DNA of 64,000 nucleotides from positions 1 to 64,000 of IMG/VR virus record IMGVR_UViG_3300010399_000035. One strand, written 5' to 3'. This DNA comes from a virus. The notes beneath the pieces were generated by a model, which made no database searches, was not told the origin of the DNA, and saw only the letters and a program-made list of their open reading frames with translations. The position numbers were made by a program, and so were the translations under genes. Positions 27,357-38,043 of the stretch are shown piece by piece (the stretch's first letter is position 1; every line of letters begins with the position of its first letter).

Positions 27357-30047
27357 ATGCCCTACAATCAATCCACGGAAAACCGAATACGGGTCTACAA
27401 TGCGAACTCCATCCCGAACTTGGATCGTAACTCCTACGCACACGCGGTGGACCTCACCAGCGTAATGGGCCGCAACTTCGGGCAGAGTGCGGATAACCAG
27501 AATGTAGGCATGGGCTTGGCTGGCATTGGCAACTCGCCGAACACTTGGTACGGACAACCACAGTTCAATGCGAACGAACTGTCGTGGTTCCGCTTGGGGC
27601 CGGATGGTACCTTCTATCAGGGGATGGATTCGCTGGGGCATACCAACGAACTCGGGCTCCAAGGCTTCATGCTGGTGCGACGAGAGTTGCCGTACGACTG
27701 CCAGATCATCCCCGCGAAGACTGGCGATACGCAGCCCATCGGTGCCCTCGGCTTCAACCCGATGCATTGGATTCCCACAACTGGACTTACACTACCAAAT
27801 GGGCAGAGTGCATGGAAAACGGTAGGTTCATCTACCAGTCCACTGGCCACGCGGATTGCCCACCTTACGCAAGCGCCCAACCAACGCGTGATTGCAACTA
27901 GTGTGGAGTCGGCTCCAGCGGACCTATCCTTCATGGTTCCGATCGACTTCATGGGGATTGCGGAAGGACATCTAGTCCCACCCTACCTCCGCTATACGTG
28001 GGCGAATGGGAAGTATGCCATCCTCTTGATGCACAATCACTACCCAGTGATTGAACGGTGGACTAACGATCCCGCGTGGAATAATGGCATTCCCAGTTTA
28101 GCGCCCTGGCGAACGCTCTCCGCTACGGCTAAGATTCGCATGGATGGCCCTAAGCAGCACTCCCATATGGTGCTGATTGTGCGGCAAGTAGGCGGCATGC
28201 TGGTCGTAGACTTGGACTTCGGCGACTTCTGCTATCGCGAATGGATCGCGGACATCATCGCGCCCACACTCTCTGCGGACACCCCATGGGGTAGCCCAAG
28301 CAACCAAGATATCCGCATTCGGGATATCTCGTGGGATCAAGGCGTATACTCTGTAGAGCTCTACGGTGCACTGGCCACTGTGGGCTACGCAGCTATTGTA
28401 TATCGAGATGTACTCGTCCCAGGACAACCGGCAACCGGACTGTCGGGCACATTCGAACAGTTCATCGCCACTACCTACGCTCCACCAGGCGGGTCTGCCA
28501 GTGGGGGCGGATCGGCAGCTGGTTGGATCCGTAAGAACACCAACGTAGACATTCAGAGTACCTGGACCACGGCCAACAAAGGTGGCTTGCTGCATACCCG
28601 CGTGACGCTGAATGCCGACGACCCTGAATATGTAGGGGCTGCTCCCGGTATCCATACTCCGGTTGTCTATAGATATGTAACTAGTACTACCAATCTTCTT
28701 GCTCCGGGAGGCCCACCCTACTTGGAGCTCCAGCAGTTCCTGAAAGGGTCGGGTAGTATTCAGTCTGGGGAAGAAGATGCCGTAATGGCGGAGGCAGACT
28801 TTACCCTCGACCGTGACCGGATGCAAGATACACCTGGGTATAGCACATGGCAAACATATCTGCAGGATCGACATCTGGTGACCTGGGAGCAGCAATGGAC
28901 GGACTCCGCCCAGACTCCAGGCGGCTTCGTAGAACTCTTCCGTGGGTACATCTCCGGTATTGACGAGACTTCCGGATCCGAACCGTTCGAGTTCGACGCC
29001 ACCGTCCACATGCAGGACATGATGATGTGGCTAAGCGAAGGCTACGCGGTTGTAGATGAGCGATACTTGCCGCTGGATTGGTTAGTGATGCAAACTGGCG
29101 AACCTCTCTATGGCACCGCTGGCTTCCGCTACATGATTAAGCTGGTGTTTGGTCAGGACGAAGCGGACAAGGTCAACGGTGGACCAGACAACGATCTACG
29201 TTGGTTCTCCGCAGGACATGCGGCCCTGATTGACGGCATCAACGATCAGTATGGTATTGTTCCTTCGCTGACCACGCTCCAACTCCAACCAGCCACGCGC
29301 AGTGGATTTAAGTACCCACCGCCACGTGGAGATAGTGTGCTCTCGTGGGCGAACACGATCCGCGAACAAGACAGGGCCGTGATTATATATGGCATCCCTC
29401 CGGGGCAGACCACGCGCTGCTTCATGTATGGGCGGCTGGACCTCATCGAAGCGGAACGGGCTGCTCAACCATTGATCGAACTATTCGATACGAACTACAC
29501 CACCGCTTCGATCAACGGTCTGCTGGGCGAGATGTCTACGCATACCCTCCCCGGTACCTCGTACAACGTGATCGAAATCATCTGGGGCGGAGGCGTGAAG
29601 GCTAGCCAGATGGGCATCCTTCCGCCAGCTTTCGTTGTCAGCGCACGCTTGCCGGACACCGATCCATACAACTCTCCTGCTTTAACCGGCGAGCGGAAGC
29701 TGGTGATGCAACTCGAGTGGGTCACGGATCGGCGTATGGCGCAGGAGATTGCAGACTACACGGTCAGCTTGTTTGCTAACACTCGTCACGAAACTATCCA
29801 ATTGAATGCTTTGCGTGGCGTGCAAGGGACAGACTTCGGCAGACTCTGTGCACCGCGCCTGAACGGAACCTATTCGGATACTACGATCAACTTAAACGCC
29901 TACGGCAGTGGGAGCACAGTTCAACCAGACAGCGAGTTGCTAATCATGCACTATCGCCACGACTTCGCCTTCGATGGCGATAGTCCGGACAGAGCGTTCA
30001 CAACTAACCTAAGTTGCCGCTTCAAGACAAGAGTCGCGGGGGTATAA
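27357..30047 (+). CDS. Large tail/baseplate hub protein
   Basis: 896 aa in tail region; LFRGYI hub-like strand. Confidence 0.55.
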   Translation: MPYNQSTENRIRVYNANSIPNLDRNSYAHAVDLTSVMGRNFGQSADNQNVGMGLAGIGNSPNTWYGQPQFNANELSWFRLGPDGTFYQGMDSLGHTNELGLQGFMLVRRELPYDCQIIPAKTGDTQPIGALGFNPMHWIPTTGLTLPNGQSAWKTVGSSTSPLATRIAHLTQAPNQRVIATSVESAPADLSFMVPIDFMGIAEGHLVPPYLRYTWANGKYAILLMHNHYPVIERWTNDPAWNNGIPSLAPWRTLSATAKIRMDGPKQHSHMVLIVRQVGGMLVVDLDFGDFCYREWIADIIAPTLSADTPWGSPSNQDIRIRDISWDQGVYSVELYGALATVGYAAIVYRDVLVPGQPATGLSGTFEQFIATTYAPPGGSASGGGSAAGWIRKNTNVDIQSTWTTANKGGLLHTRVTLNADDPEYVGAAPGIHTPVVYRYVTSTTNLLAPGGPPYLELQQFLKGSGSIQSGEEDAVMAEADFTLDRDRMQDTPGYSTWQTYLQDRHLVTWEQQWTDSAQTPGGFVELFRGYISGIDETSGSEPFEFDATVHMQDMMMWLSEGYAVVDERYLPLDWLVMQTGEPLYGTAGFRYMIKLVFGQDEADKVNGGPDNDLRWFSAGHAALIDGINDQYGIVPSLTTLQLQPATRSGFKYPPPRGDSVLSWANTIREQDRAVIIYGIPPGQTTRCFMYGRLDLIEAERAAQPLIELFDTNYTTASINGLLGEMSTHTLPGTSYNVIEIIWGGGVKASQMGILPPAFVVSARLPDTDPYNSPALTGERKLVMQLEWVTDRRMAQEIADYTVSLFANTRHETIQLNALRGVQGTDFGRLCAPRLNGTYSDTTINLNAYGSGSTVQPDSELLIMHYRHDFAFDGDSPDRAFTTNLSCRFKTRVAGV

Positions 30048-30048
30048 A

Positions 30049-30270
30049 ATGGCCGACGTCACCGGACACCAATGGCAAGAACGACTTCGCGGGATGGCCG
30101 TACGCAAGGCCGTAGACCAATCCATCAAACTAGGGCCGCTACGCGAAGCAACTCTGTCGGGCTCCAACCCACCCAGCGTAGGTACCAGCGGCATGTTTGA
30201 GCAAGACGGCACCTTCAAAGGCTGGATGCGTTGCGGAGATTTGCCAGGCTCCGCGAAGCCATTGATATAG
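30049..30270 (+). CDS. Small hypothetical tail protein
   Basis: Starts 1 nt after the upstream stop. Confidence 0.5.
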   Translation: MADVTGHQWQERLRGMAVRKAVDQSIKLGPLREATLSGSNPPSVGTSGMFEQDGTFKGWMRCGDLPGSAKPLI

Positions 30271-30273
30271 AAC

Positions 30274-30323
30274 GCGGAGCACTCTCTCCAGAAGATGGCC
30301 GCTCTTCTGGCAGAGATCTCCGC
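30274..30323. repeat. Palindromic motif dimer
   Basis: GCGGAGCACTCTCTCCAGAAGATGGCCGCTCTTCTGGCAGAGATCTCCGC. Confidence 0.95.
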
Positions 30324-30345
30324 CCGACTCGTATAGGATACCATA

Positions 30346-32748
30346 ATGACTACCACACCAGCATTACAATTAGAAAATGACTTCATTGACGGAACTTCAA
30401 TATCGTTCCCGAATGGTACTCCTATACCCGCTGGATATCTGAATCAGATATCCAATGACTTAGATACGTTCAGCCAGAGTCTCTGCGCGGCACTTGGGGC
30501 GGGGTTGTTGGCTTGGCCTTCCAATACTTCGTTCGCCCTTAGCTTAGGTACTGGGGCGAATGTGAACGTAGCTAGCGGAGCAGGAATTGCCTATTCCTCG
30601 GCCCATGGCGCATGGGTACCTCTACGCAGCGCGTCCGGGCGTTCGAATGCGGTGGCAGGTGGTATCCCCGCTGGTACTTGGTTCCTCTTCGCTGCGGCCG
30701 GATTCTCCAGCACACCTACGCTGGACTCCATGCAGAGTGGGTATAACACTATTGCCTACGGTGCCACAGCGGTGATGGACGGCGGAATACTACTTGCCAA
30801 GGCAGTCTCTACTGGGAGTGCCATAACAACATTGACGGACATGCGCGATCAATCTAGGTTGGTGCCCTGGGATCCGTTCGGTATGGACCCGAATACTTCT
30901 ACTGGTCTGGTTTTTGGTACTAAGAAAGGTGTAACTAAAGACAGTAGTAGCGTGTACCACTTAGTAGCCGCCACTACCTCCACCCTAGCTGCCAGCACCG
31001 CGAATCAGTTCCTGCAGGTGAACCCAGCTAACGGAGCACTCTCCGTCACCACCACGCCCAACAACGCCTACGTATCGCTCTGGAGTTTTGACACTGATGG
31101 CGCTAACATTACGAGGGCGGATAGACTCTTCCCCGCAGCACAAATTGGTGGGGCTGCTGGAGTCGCCACCCTAGGTACCACCGCACCAGTTACAAACACG
31201 GGCACTTCAACCAACCCAGTAGTAGCCTTGACTGCTGGTGGAGTCGACGATAGCTTCCTAGGCAACCGTACTATTGACCAGACGCAAGTTCCGGCTACGG
31301 ATACCGACACGCCCACGAAGTTGCTGTCTTACCTGGCGAACCGGATTAAACATATCACCAACAAGGCCAACTGGAAGACGGATGGCGACATCCAGTTAGA
31401 CGCCGTGGCAACTCACGTAGCGGCAGCGGCTCCACACTCCGGACACTTGAAGGCGGACGGCTCCGTGGCACTGAGTGGGGCGCAATCTCTTGGTGGACAT
31501 AAACTCACGAACGTTCAGGATGGTTCCTCAGCGCAGGACGCCGCTACCTACGGACAGCTGACTGCTGTAGCCGGTGGGTTCCTGCCTCGTCTAGCTGCAG
31601 TCTGCGCTGCTACAGGTAACGTGAATATCTCCAGTCCAGGGACCAACGTCTTCGATACCGTCTCAGTCAGCAATGGAGACAGCGTTGCGCTCATCAACCA
31701 AACGACTACAACCGAAAACGGTATCTATATATTCAATGGCAATTCGTCCGCCATGACGCGTCGTTCGGACTTGGATAGCTCTGGAGAGCTCGTGCCTGGC
31801 ATCCGGGTACCGGTTAGCAGTGGGGCCACGTACGGTCACAAAGCCATCTATATCTACTCCGCTGGCACAATGGGTACGGACCCGATCCTCTGGACAATAG
31901 ATGCTTCCAATGCGGGCGGGGAAGCGAACACTGCTTCCAGCCAAGGCTCAGGACAATCTCTCTTCTACCAGAAGAGCGGAGTTGACCTTCAGTTCTATGG
32001 GATTGCTGCGGCAGACAGTACGGTTGCAGTAGCGTTGGATGGCACCAATAAGAACGTGACAGTGGGTGTGAACCAAGCGAACCTGGACGTGGCGAACTTC
32101 ACCAATCCAGTCGGGCCAACCAAGGGTGGAACCGGGCTGAGCGCGTTCGGCATCGGCAGCTTCCTGATTGCCACGGCAGCAAACGTATGGAGCGCGCTCG
32201 CAGGGAACACCACTACAACGCGCAAATTCCCGGTTAGTGTAGGGGTAGCTGGAGTAGCGACCGCACCTTTTCTGGACACGATTCAGCCGGGTGACCTACC
32301 TGTCATGGGGGCCAGCGGGGGAAGCCACGCACCAGGGGCCGCGCCCGATCCGGGGGCTACTGCGGGAGCGGTGCGCTTCCTATGTGAAGACGCAACTTAT
32401 AAGATTCCTGGAGCCGCGACCACGCCAGCAGCCGTGCCGCTTACAGATGCTGCTACAATTGCTACCGACGCGTCTACTGGAGTCGTGTTCTTCGTGTCCA
32501 GTGCAGTAGACCGCACCATGGGCGTACCAACAAATGCTGCGGTTGGAATAGCCTACAATTGGTTCTGGAAGAATACGGATAGCTCCGCACATACACTAAC
32601 TCTAACGACCAGCGGAGCAGGCAGCTTCCGCTATGGGAACAATGTAACAGTACTCCCTTCGGTACCAGCCGGCAAACTGCTCCGCTTTACTGCAATGTTA
32701 GATCCAATAGATGGCAAGTTGGGCGTATCGGCTTACGATATTTTCTAA
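30346..32748 (+). CDS. Tail fiber protein
   Basis: G/A/T/S-rich; KLTNVQDGSSAQDAATYGQL and NQTTTTENGIY fiber motifs. Confidence 0.75.
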   Translation: MTTTPALQLENDFIDGTSISFPNGTPIPAGYLNQISNDLDTFSQSLCAALGAGLLAWPSNTSFALSLGTGANVNVASGAGIAYSSAHGAWVPLRSASGRSNAVAGGIPAGTWFLFAAAGFSSTPTLDSMQSGYNTIAYGATAVMDGGILLAKAVSTGSAITTLTDMRDQSRLVPWDPFGMDPNTSTGLVFGTKKGVTKDSSSVYHLVAATTSTLAASTANQFLQVNPANGALSVTTTPNNAYVSLWSFDTDGANITRADRLFPAAQIGGAAGVATLGTTAPVTNTGTSTNPVVALTAGGVDDSFLGNRTIDQTQVPATDTDTPTKLLSYLANRIKHITNKANWKTDGDIQLDAVATHVAAAAPHSGHLKADGSVALSGAQSLGGHKLTNVQDGSSAQDAATYGQLTAVAGGFLPRLAAVCAATGNVNISSPGTNVFDTVSVSNGDSVALINQTTTTENGIYIFNGNSSAMTRRSDLDSSGELVPGIRVPVSSGATYGHKAIYIYSAGTMGTDPILWTIDASNAGGEANTASSQGSGQSLFYQKSGVDLQFYGIAAADSTVAVALDGTNKNVTVGVNQANLDVANFTNPVGPTKGGTGLSAFGIGSFLIATAANVWSALAGNTTTTRKFPVSVGVAGVATAPFLDTIQPGDLPVMGASGGSHAPGAAPDPGATAGAVRFLCEDATYKIPGAATTPAAVPLTDAATIATDASTGVVFFVSSAVDRTMGVPTNAAVGIAYNWFWKNTDSSAHTLTLTTSGAGSFRYGNNVTVLPSVPAGKLLRFTAMLDPIDGKLGVSAYDIF

Positions 32749-32755
32749 GGATACC

Positions 32756-33091
32756 ATGCCAAACTACGTAGTAAGCGGAGCAGGGGATGCGGGATATAAC
32801 GGTACCTACATTGATATAGGAGTAGCCTACCCAGGTTTCACTCCATATGTTGTCTACCAGTTGGACAGCACTCACTTCCTGTTCAATTCCAGCGGATTCT
32901 GGTATCTGTCTTCCTCGGTGGATAGCGCTGGTATCAGCGGAAACACCCATTACTACCAGAGCGATGGCGGCAACCCATCAGTAGTAATACTTGGACCCTA
33001 CGTGAATGCAGGCGGTATGACAAATCCTGCACCCACCGTTGCCGTCGCGGGGGCTGCAACCCACACAGGTGACATGTTCCTTGGCGGATAG
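32756..33091 (+). CDS. Small tail-fiber-associated protein
   Basis: AAGGA RBS; VSGAG...NGTY motif; last gene of the + arm. Confidence 0.55.
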   Translation: MPNYVVSGAGDAGYNGTYIDIGVAYPGFTPYVVYQLDSTHFLFNSSGFWYLSSSVDSAGISGNTHYYQSDGGNPSVVILGPYVNAGGMTNPAPTVAVAGAATHTGDMFLGG

Positions 33092-33141
33092 AGGAGATCT
33101 CTCCCAGAAGATGGGGCCATTCTTTGGAGAGGGTCCTCCGC
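33091..33141. repeat. Palindromic motif dimer at arm convergence
   Basis: GAGGAGATCTCTCCCAGAAGATGGGGCCATTCTTTGGAGAGGGTCCTCCGC. Confidence 0.9.
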
Positions 33142-33294
33142 TGTTGGTGCTCTGTTCGGCCGTAGCCCGCTTGGGCCGACGACGGGCCGCTCGACCAAAA
33201 CCGGCGAGCCCACTTGGGTGGTTGGGCGTGAACTCGGCGGTTTTGGAAGCGGAAGCGACAGCCATTAGAGTAGCGATAGAGCAGCAAAGCCGCT

Positions 33295-33504
33295 CTATCG
33301 CTGTTTTACGTTTGCGGCGTCTACACGTTCCACTAAACGCAGATCTTCCTCGGGGAAGCGGACTTTCCAGTCTACGTTATACCCCGCCAATCGCACAGTC
33401 AGCCCACCGTGCTCGCCATGAACAGCAGAAACTTCGCCAACGTCCCCATGGACCTCAGAATGGTCCAGCACTTGTACCATATCTCCAACTTCGAATTTGC
33501 TCAT
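33295..33504 (-). CDS. Small SH3/KOW-like protein
   Basis: FEVGDMVQV...FPEEDLRLV. Confidence 0.6.
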   Translation of the reverse strand: MSKFEVGDMVQVLDHSEVHGDVGEVSAVHGEHGGLTVRLAGYNVDWKVRFPEEDLRLVERVDAANVKQR

Positions 33505-33520
33505 TATATACCCCGCAAGC

Positions 33521-34273
33521 TTACTCTATGTAGGCGGCTTCCCCGAAGGCTTGCGCCATGTACGGTGGAACGCCGTTGCCTATAGCACGATATAGCTCAA
33601 TCTCCCACTTGGTATATGAGCCTTCGAACCACGTAGGTTTCCTGTACCACTGCTTGGGAATCTCGAAGCCCATGTAGTAGGCGCACTCTTCAAGAGTAGG
33701 TTTGCGGCCGAACCAACGAGAAGCACGGCGACCGTCGGTAGCGCACCCCTTATACTCCGTAGCGCCAATTCCAGGACAGAGATCGTATTCGTGATAGTAT
33801 CGCTTGTAAGGCCTATGAACCTGTGGCTCTGGATACCTACCCCCAATGATACGGTTCCGGCACATGTTGGGCGTTGGGAGGAATTGAGCAGCGTTGTAGG
33901 CTCTACCCCATGTATTGCCGCTCTTGTGCTGTGTAGTCACGTTCTCTACCCAAAGAAGTGGATGCGGAAGCTGAAGCGAATACTCCAATAGGTCCGTCAT
34001 ATCTCGCGTGAAGGCTATCCCAGCAAAGTCACCTGTAGGAACTCCGGCTGTTCGCGATGATGAACGCCACTGACAAGGCGGGGAGGCCCAAATTCCTTCG
34101 TATCCCGATAGGTCTTGATCCAGCACATCCCCAATAATACACTCGCCAGCGCCAACGAATGTAGAAAGGTAGTGGGCGATCGGGTTGAGTTCAATACCTA
34201 CACAGAAGTGGCCAGCCCACTCCAAACCTTGGCGAGCCAGCCCAGCGCCGTCGAAGAGAACCGCTATTTTCAT
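33521..34273 (-). CDS. DNA cytosine-5 methyltransferase (compact)
   Basis: LFDGAG (I), SPPCQ (IV), ENV (VI), RNR (VIII), IGNGV (X). Confidence 0.88.
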   Translation of the reverse strand: MKIAVLFDGAGLARQGLEWAGHFCVGIELNPIAHYLSTFVGAGECIIGDVLDQDLSGYEGIWASPPCQWRSSSRTAGVPTGDFAGIAFTRDMTDLLEYSLQLPHPLLWVENVTTQHKSGNTWGRAYNAAQFLPTPNMCRNRIIGGRYPEPQVHRPYKRYYHEYDLCPGIGATEYKGCATDGRRASRWFGRKPTLEECAYYMGFEIPKQWYRKPTWFEGSYTKWEIELYRAIGNGVPPYMAQAFGEAAYIE

Positions 34274-34275
34274 AC

Positions 34276-34542
34276 TTAAGTAAGGATCAGTCGGTTAACC
34301 AATTCAATGATTCGGTTAGCGTCGGTACAGTCGGGGCCATCTACTGCGAAGTTCCACACTATGGATTCCTCTGGCAGGAGTTCGTTGGCATCCAGCCGGT
34401 CGTGGAGGCACGAGAATGGTGTATTCGCAGACTCTCCCGCATTTGTACGGCGGATAGACTCTTCTCGCGCGTATTGCCGATCAGAGTCAGATAGCGACGC
34501 GTAGATGGCGTTCGCGGCAGCTTGGATTTCTTTCAGGGTCAT
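34276..34542 (-). CDS. Hypothetical protein
   Basis: In operon downstream of early-type promoter. Confidence 0.6.
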   Translation of the reverse strand: MTLKEIQAAANAIYASLSDSDRQYAREESIRRTNAGESANTPFSCLHDRLDANELLPEESIVWNFAVDGPDCTDANRIIELVNRLILT

Positions 34543-34691
34543 GAGAGCACCTGCTTGCTTTTGGCGAACAAAACGAACATCATGTGAGGCTCCCCAGCCT
34601 CTACTTGCTTGCGCATTTCGGATTTATCCGCTTCGCTAGCGCGTAGTTTTTCAATGACTTCAAGCGCACGTTCCTTGGTGAATGGCTTCAT
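34539..34691 (-). CDS. Small hypothetical protein (50 aa, not in ORF track)
   Basis: MKPFTKERALEVIEK...; ATGA overlap with next gene; GGGAG upstream. Confidence 0.55.
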   Translation of the reverse strand: MKPFTKERALEVIEKLRASEADKSEMRKQVEAGEPHMMFVLFAKSKQVLS

Positions 34692-34732
34692 TGATTTGGA
34701 GCTCCCGAACAGTTATTCGACCGTCACCAATC

Positions 34733-34792
34733 ATTATAACCGATCAACACTCGTTTGAGGGGCTTTTCCAGAAAAAATAATATTATTTTTTC
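34733..34792 (-). promoter_or_regulatory. Early-type promoter CAAAC-N7-GATCGG-TTATAAT with upstream 22-bp perfect palindrome
   Basis: Same architecture at 58.3 and 63.6 kb; palindrome GAAAAAATAATATTATTTTTTC at 34771-34792. Confidence 0.65.
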
Positions 34793-34826
34793 AACCCCCT
34801 CCTCGGGAGAGAGTACTCCGTGTGGT

Positions 34827-36983
34827 TCATTCAGCCCTCCGTACCTTCACTCTCCTAATTCCAGGCTTCGTAACAGGCGTGGCCTTCTTCAATCCAGCCG
34901 CTTCCCACAGATTCACTATATGGTCCGTAGCCCCATATAAGTAACGCGGAGCGCCCCGCCCAAATGGATTCTCCGTGCGGGTCTTGGTGACTGCTCCCAG
35001 AAGATAGAGGTCTTCCAGTTGGTCGCGCAATGTTGAGAGGGGAATATCCAACTTCTCGCAGAGCGGTTCGATGAAGAAGTCTCCGTCATTACAGAATGCG
35101 GCCACCGCTTCCAGATTAAACCCCACGCAAGTATCCAAGGCTACGCGACTTACGATAGAGTAGTTGTCTTCGTCCAGCTTAGGTGTGTGGGACAGCAGCG
35201 AGAGCCCGTAGGTTAGCTTAGTCAATTGCTTGCCAATGCGGGTACCCATTTCATGCTGGGGACGGTACTGCAACTTCTCTTGCCCGCCCGACCAGGCTCG
35301 GTTCACATTAGCGCGAAGGATGCCGACCAGCGAAGCCAGCGCTACAATCTTCGTGATGAGCCACTCCGGCATGGCGGGTAGCGTATACGGATCTATCTTT
35401 ACCTCCACGAACCTACGTACGATGTCGTGAAGGTCCTCGCGCATGCCAATCTCTTGGCCTACGTTGCCTATGGCGGTGCGGATGGCGGCGTCCGCGTTCG
35501 GGTTGTGGCCTACTCCCTTGACCAAGTGGAACATCAAGAACCGCTCGCCAAGGGCTGCGGTTCGCTCACCGAACACGGCATGCGTCACGCCGCTGATCAT
35601 GTTGAATTGGACTTCGTAGTTGCGCACCAATCCGTTGCCGTAGTGCTTGGTGACGGAACCGTCGTAGGCTCCGCGTAGGGTGCCGTAGATTTCGTCGCGT
35701 TGGGTGGCAGGCAGGTTCAGTATCTCGGTGAAGTCCTTCAACACGAATGTCTTCTTGTTCAGCCTGGGGAGCAGGGACGGATCCCCACCGCCCCGCGTAG
35801 CGAAGCCGCTAACTAGGCTATGCGCCGTCAAGGTACTGGCGAAGTAGCAACTAGGGCAGCCGCTGAGAGGCATCAGGAGTTCCGTCTTCGCCGTCCCTGG
35901 AGGAGATACGATATGCATCCAGAGCGGATCCCCACCGATCTGGTTCGAGAGCACCACGGCGAAGATTAGCTTAAGGCCCGTCACCATATCGTCCGACATC
36001 TTCAGGTGCTGCCGGAACACAGATAGTACTTGGTCGAAGGTTGGGCGTTCGGTGGAATCTGGGGGCGGAAGCGATTCTATATGGGCAGCTTGCTCCGCTT
36101 GTTCGTTGATTTGGGCTTCGGAGACATAGATGGTAACTAGGGATTGGAGTTCCTGGTAGGTACCTCCGCTAACCACAAAGTCGCGGATGTCGAACTTATT
36201 AGGAAGAGAGGATGGCCACTTGACATGAAGGAAATCTTTGGCATGTCCGGCGAGTTTGCCGGCCAAACGATCGGTGCCCTTGACTCCGCCCGCGTCATGG
36301 TCGAAGCAGCATATGACGGTCCGCCCCGACACATACTCCGACCAACGATCCTTCCATACTCCTGCTCCGGGCACACCAATTACAACGCCTTCAGCGGAGC
36401 TCTGCTCCAGAAGATGGCGTAGGGCTATCGCATCCCATTCACCCTCGCAAACGTAGACAGGTTCGCAAGCCTTGGCTAGGTCCAGCAACGCAGCCAAGTT
36501 CCATATAGAGAGTTCCAGACCCCAGATGGACTCTAGCTTGAAGTCTTCGCCGCACCGACGAAAGTTAACGATTTTTCCGTGGCCATTGTAGATCGGGATG
36601 TACCAATGGACGCCATCGTGAACAATGCCAGTTGATTGTAGGACTTGCGGTGGTAGGTGGCGGCTAGCGGCTAGTTCGGCTAGCCATTCGGGCACCAGAC
36701 TAGAACTTAGTTCAGTCCCATTTAGTTGCGCGGTGGGAGTGGGCTGCGCGTACATGCGGTACCACTCCGCTAAGAACGTATAGGTATTACCGTTCAACCC
36801 ACAGGAGCCAGCCTTGCAATCCCACTGACCCGTTGCGGCGTTGATGTACAGCTTCTTGCGTCCTCCACAAAAGAGGCAGTCGCCGTAGTATTCGTCTCCC
36901 GCATGATTATCCGCGTGATATTCGAAGCCTAATGCGATGAACGGTCTAAGTTTGGGAGGAACTTCGGATGAGCTCCTCGCCAT
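34827..36983 (-). CDS. Primase-helicase (Zn finger, TOPRIM, AAA+/MCM-like, wHTH)
   Basis: CLFC..CKAGSC; CEGEWD, FDHD; SPPGTAKTE; LKDFT. Confidence 0.85.
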   Translation of the reverse strand: MARSSSEVPPKLRPFIALGFEYHADNHAGDEYYGDCLFCGGRKKLYINAATGQWDCKAGSCGLNGNTYTFLAEWYRMYAQPTPTAQLNGTELSSSLVPEWLAELAASRHLPPQVLQSTGIVHDGVHWYIPIYNGHGKIVNFRRCGEDFKLESIWGLELSIWNLAALLDLAKACEPVYVCEGEWDAIALRHLLEQSSAEGVVIGVPGAGVWKDRWSEYVSGRTVICCFDHDAGGVKGTDRLAGKLAGHAKDFLHVKWPSSLPNKFDIRDFVVSGGTYQELQSLVTIYVSEAQINEQAEQAAHIESLPPPDSTERPTFDQVLSVFRQHLKMSDDMVTGLKLIFAVVLSNQIGGDPLWMHIVSPPGTAKTELLMPLSGCPSCYFASTLTAHSLVSGFATRGGGDPSLLPRLNKKTFVLKDFTEILNLPATQRDEIYGTLRGAYDGSVTKHYGNGLVRNYEVQFNMISGVTHAVFGERTAALGERFLMFHLVKGVGHNPNADAAIRTAIGNVGQEIGMREDLHDIVRRFVEVKIDPYTLPAMPEWLITKIVALASLVGILRANVNRAWSGGQEKLQYRPQHEMGTRIGKQLTKLTYGLSLLSHTPKLDEDNYSIVSRVALDTCVGFNLEAVAAFCNDGDFFIEPLCEKLDIPLSTLRDQLEDLYLLGAVTKTRTENPFGRGAPRYLYGATDHIVNLWEAAGLKKATPVTKPGIRRVKVRRAE
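36394..36418 (+). repeat. Dispersed motif copy (in primase)
   Basis: GCGGAGCTCTGCTCCAGAAGATGGC. Confidence 0.8.
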
Positions 36984-38008
36984 TAGATAGTTGCTCCCTC
37001 CAAAAGTAGACCGCACTCGCGCAACTTGTCCAGCAGATAGGTGCCCATGCAATCGTCTACCAACTTCATAGTGGTGCCGAGTTCGTCATACGAAGAAATC
37101 CACGAAGGCTTGAGCGGCTCCGGGAAGTACATCTTGGCTCCCTCAATCCACCCTTCGCGAATCCACCGACCAAGCTGCTCAGCGGAGGGACGGTCACGGA
37201 GGGCTAGCTGGGCAAGGTCGGATAGCGTCAAGCCGGTATTCTTCTGAACTTGAACCACGCGATCATCCCATAGGGACTGCATGCGGAAGTCCTTCACGTT
37301 CGTCACCGGCAACTCTAGGCCAATGTGCTGCGCGCACCACTTCTCGACTACATCCCTGGCCTTAGAAGCATCGCGGGTGGGGTCGTCGCGGACGGATACC
37401 CGACTGGTGAAGATCCGCACGTCGTGGCCGCTGCAAACCCACTCGCGCACCCTAGAGACCATAAGCGGGATCGGTTCGCCAATGTAGTTGATACCTTTCC
37501 AAGAATCATACTCGGCCAAGGTACCGTCGAGGTCTACACCAATCCAACCATGCCGCTTGACCATCTCTCCCAGAAAAACCGGAGCTCCATTTTTCTGGGC
37601 AGCATTCACCGCGTACTGCTGGAGGTTATGGAGAGTGTGGTTTGGGTCAGTGGGGTGGGGTTTGGCTTCCATCCACAAATAGACATCCTTGGCTCCTTCC
37701 ACTTCGCGGAGGTAGCTACAGAACTTGGCTAGGTCCAAGCTGGGGCGGACTACATTCTCAGGCTGGAGGAAGTATGGCTTGGTGAGGGCGAACATCTTCG
37801 TGGTGCCCGAAGGCGTCCACATGAGCATCTGGTGCATGCGGTCCGAACGGACCTTGCGAATGGCGAACAAGCAGCCATCATACTGCCCGACGCCGCTGGT
37901 AATCTGGAAGCGATGGTCGGCTTCCTCGAGTTGGATGCCTTTTGGCTGTGGGGTGGGGGCGGGCTGCGGGGTTTCGGTGGACTCGGTTGAACTAGTTGTC
38001 TGACACAT
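36983..38008 (-). CDS. HAD-family phosphatase (PNKP-like) with N-terminal extension
   Basis: WIGVDLDGTL, IFTSR, LWDDR. Confidence 0.75.
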   Translation of the reverse strand: MCQTTSSTESTETPQPAPTPQPKGIQLEEADHRFQITSGVGQYDGCLFAIRKVRSDRMHQMLMWTPSGTTKMFALTKPYFLQPENVVRPSLDLAKFCSYLREVEGAKDVYLWMEAKPHPTDPNHTLHNLQQYAVNAAQKNGAPVFLGEMVKRHGWIGVDLDGTLAEYDSWKGINYIGEPIPLMVSRVREWVCSGHDVRIFTSRVSVRDDPTRDASKARDVVEKWCAQHIGLELPVTNVKDFRMQSLWDDRVVQVQKNTGLTLSDLAQLALRDRPSAEQLGRWIREGWIEGAKMYFPEPLKPSWISSYDELGTTMKLVDDCMGTYLLDKLRECGLLLEGATI

Positions 38009-38043
38009 AAATATAGGCTCCTTCTACGGCTTATCCGACTTGG

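Noticed and set aside
30346-33091. Diversity-generating retroelement targeting the tail fiber
   Set aside because: No reverse transcriptase motif and no template/variable repeat pair seen
33039-33533. + strand 164-aa ORF across the arm junction
   Set aside because: Overlaps the palindromic repeat and a better-supported - strand gene; composition is not protein-like
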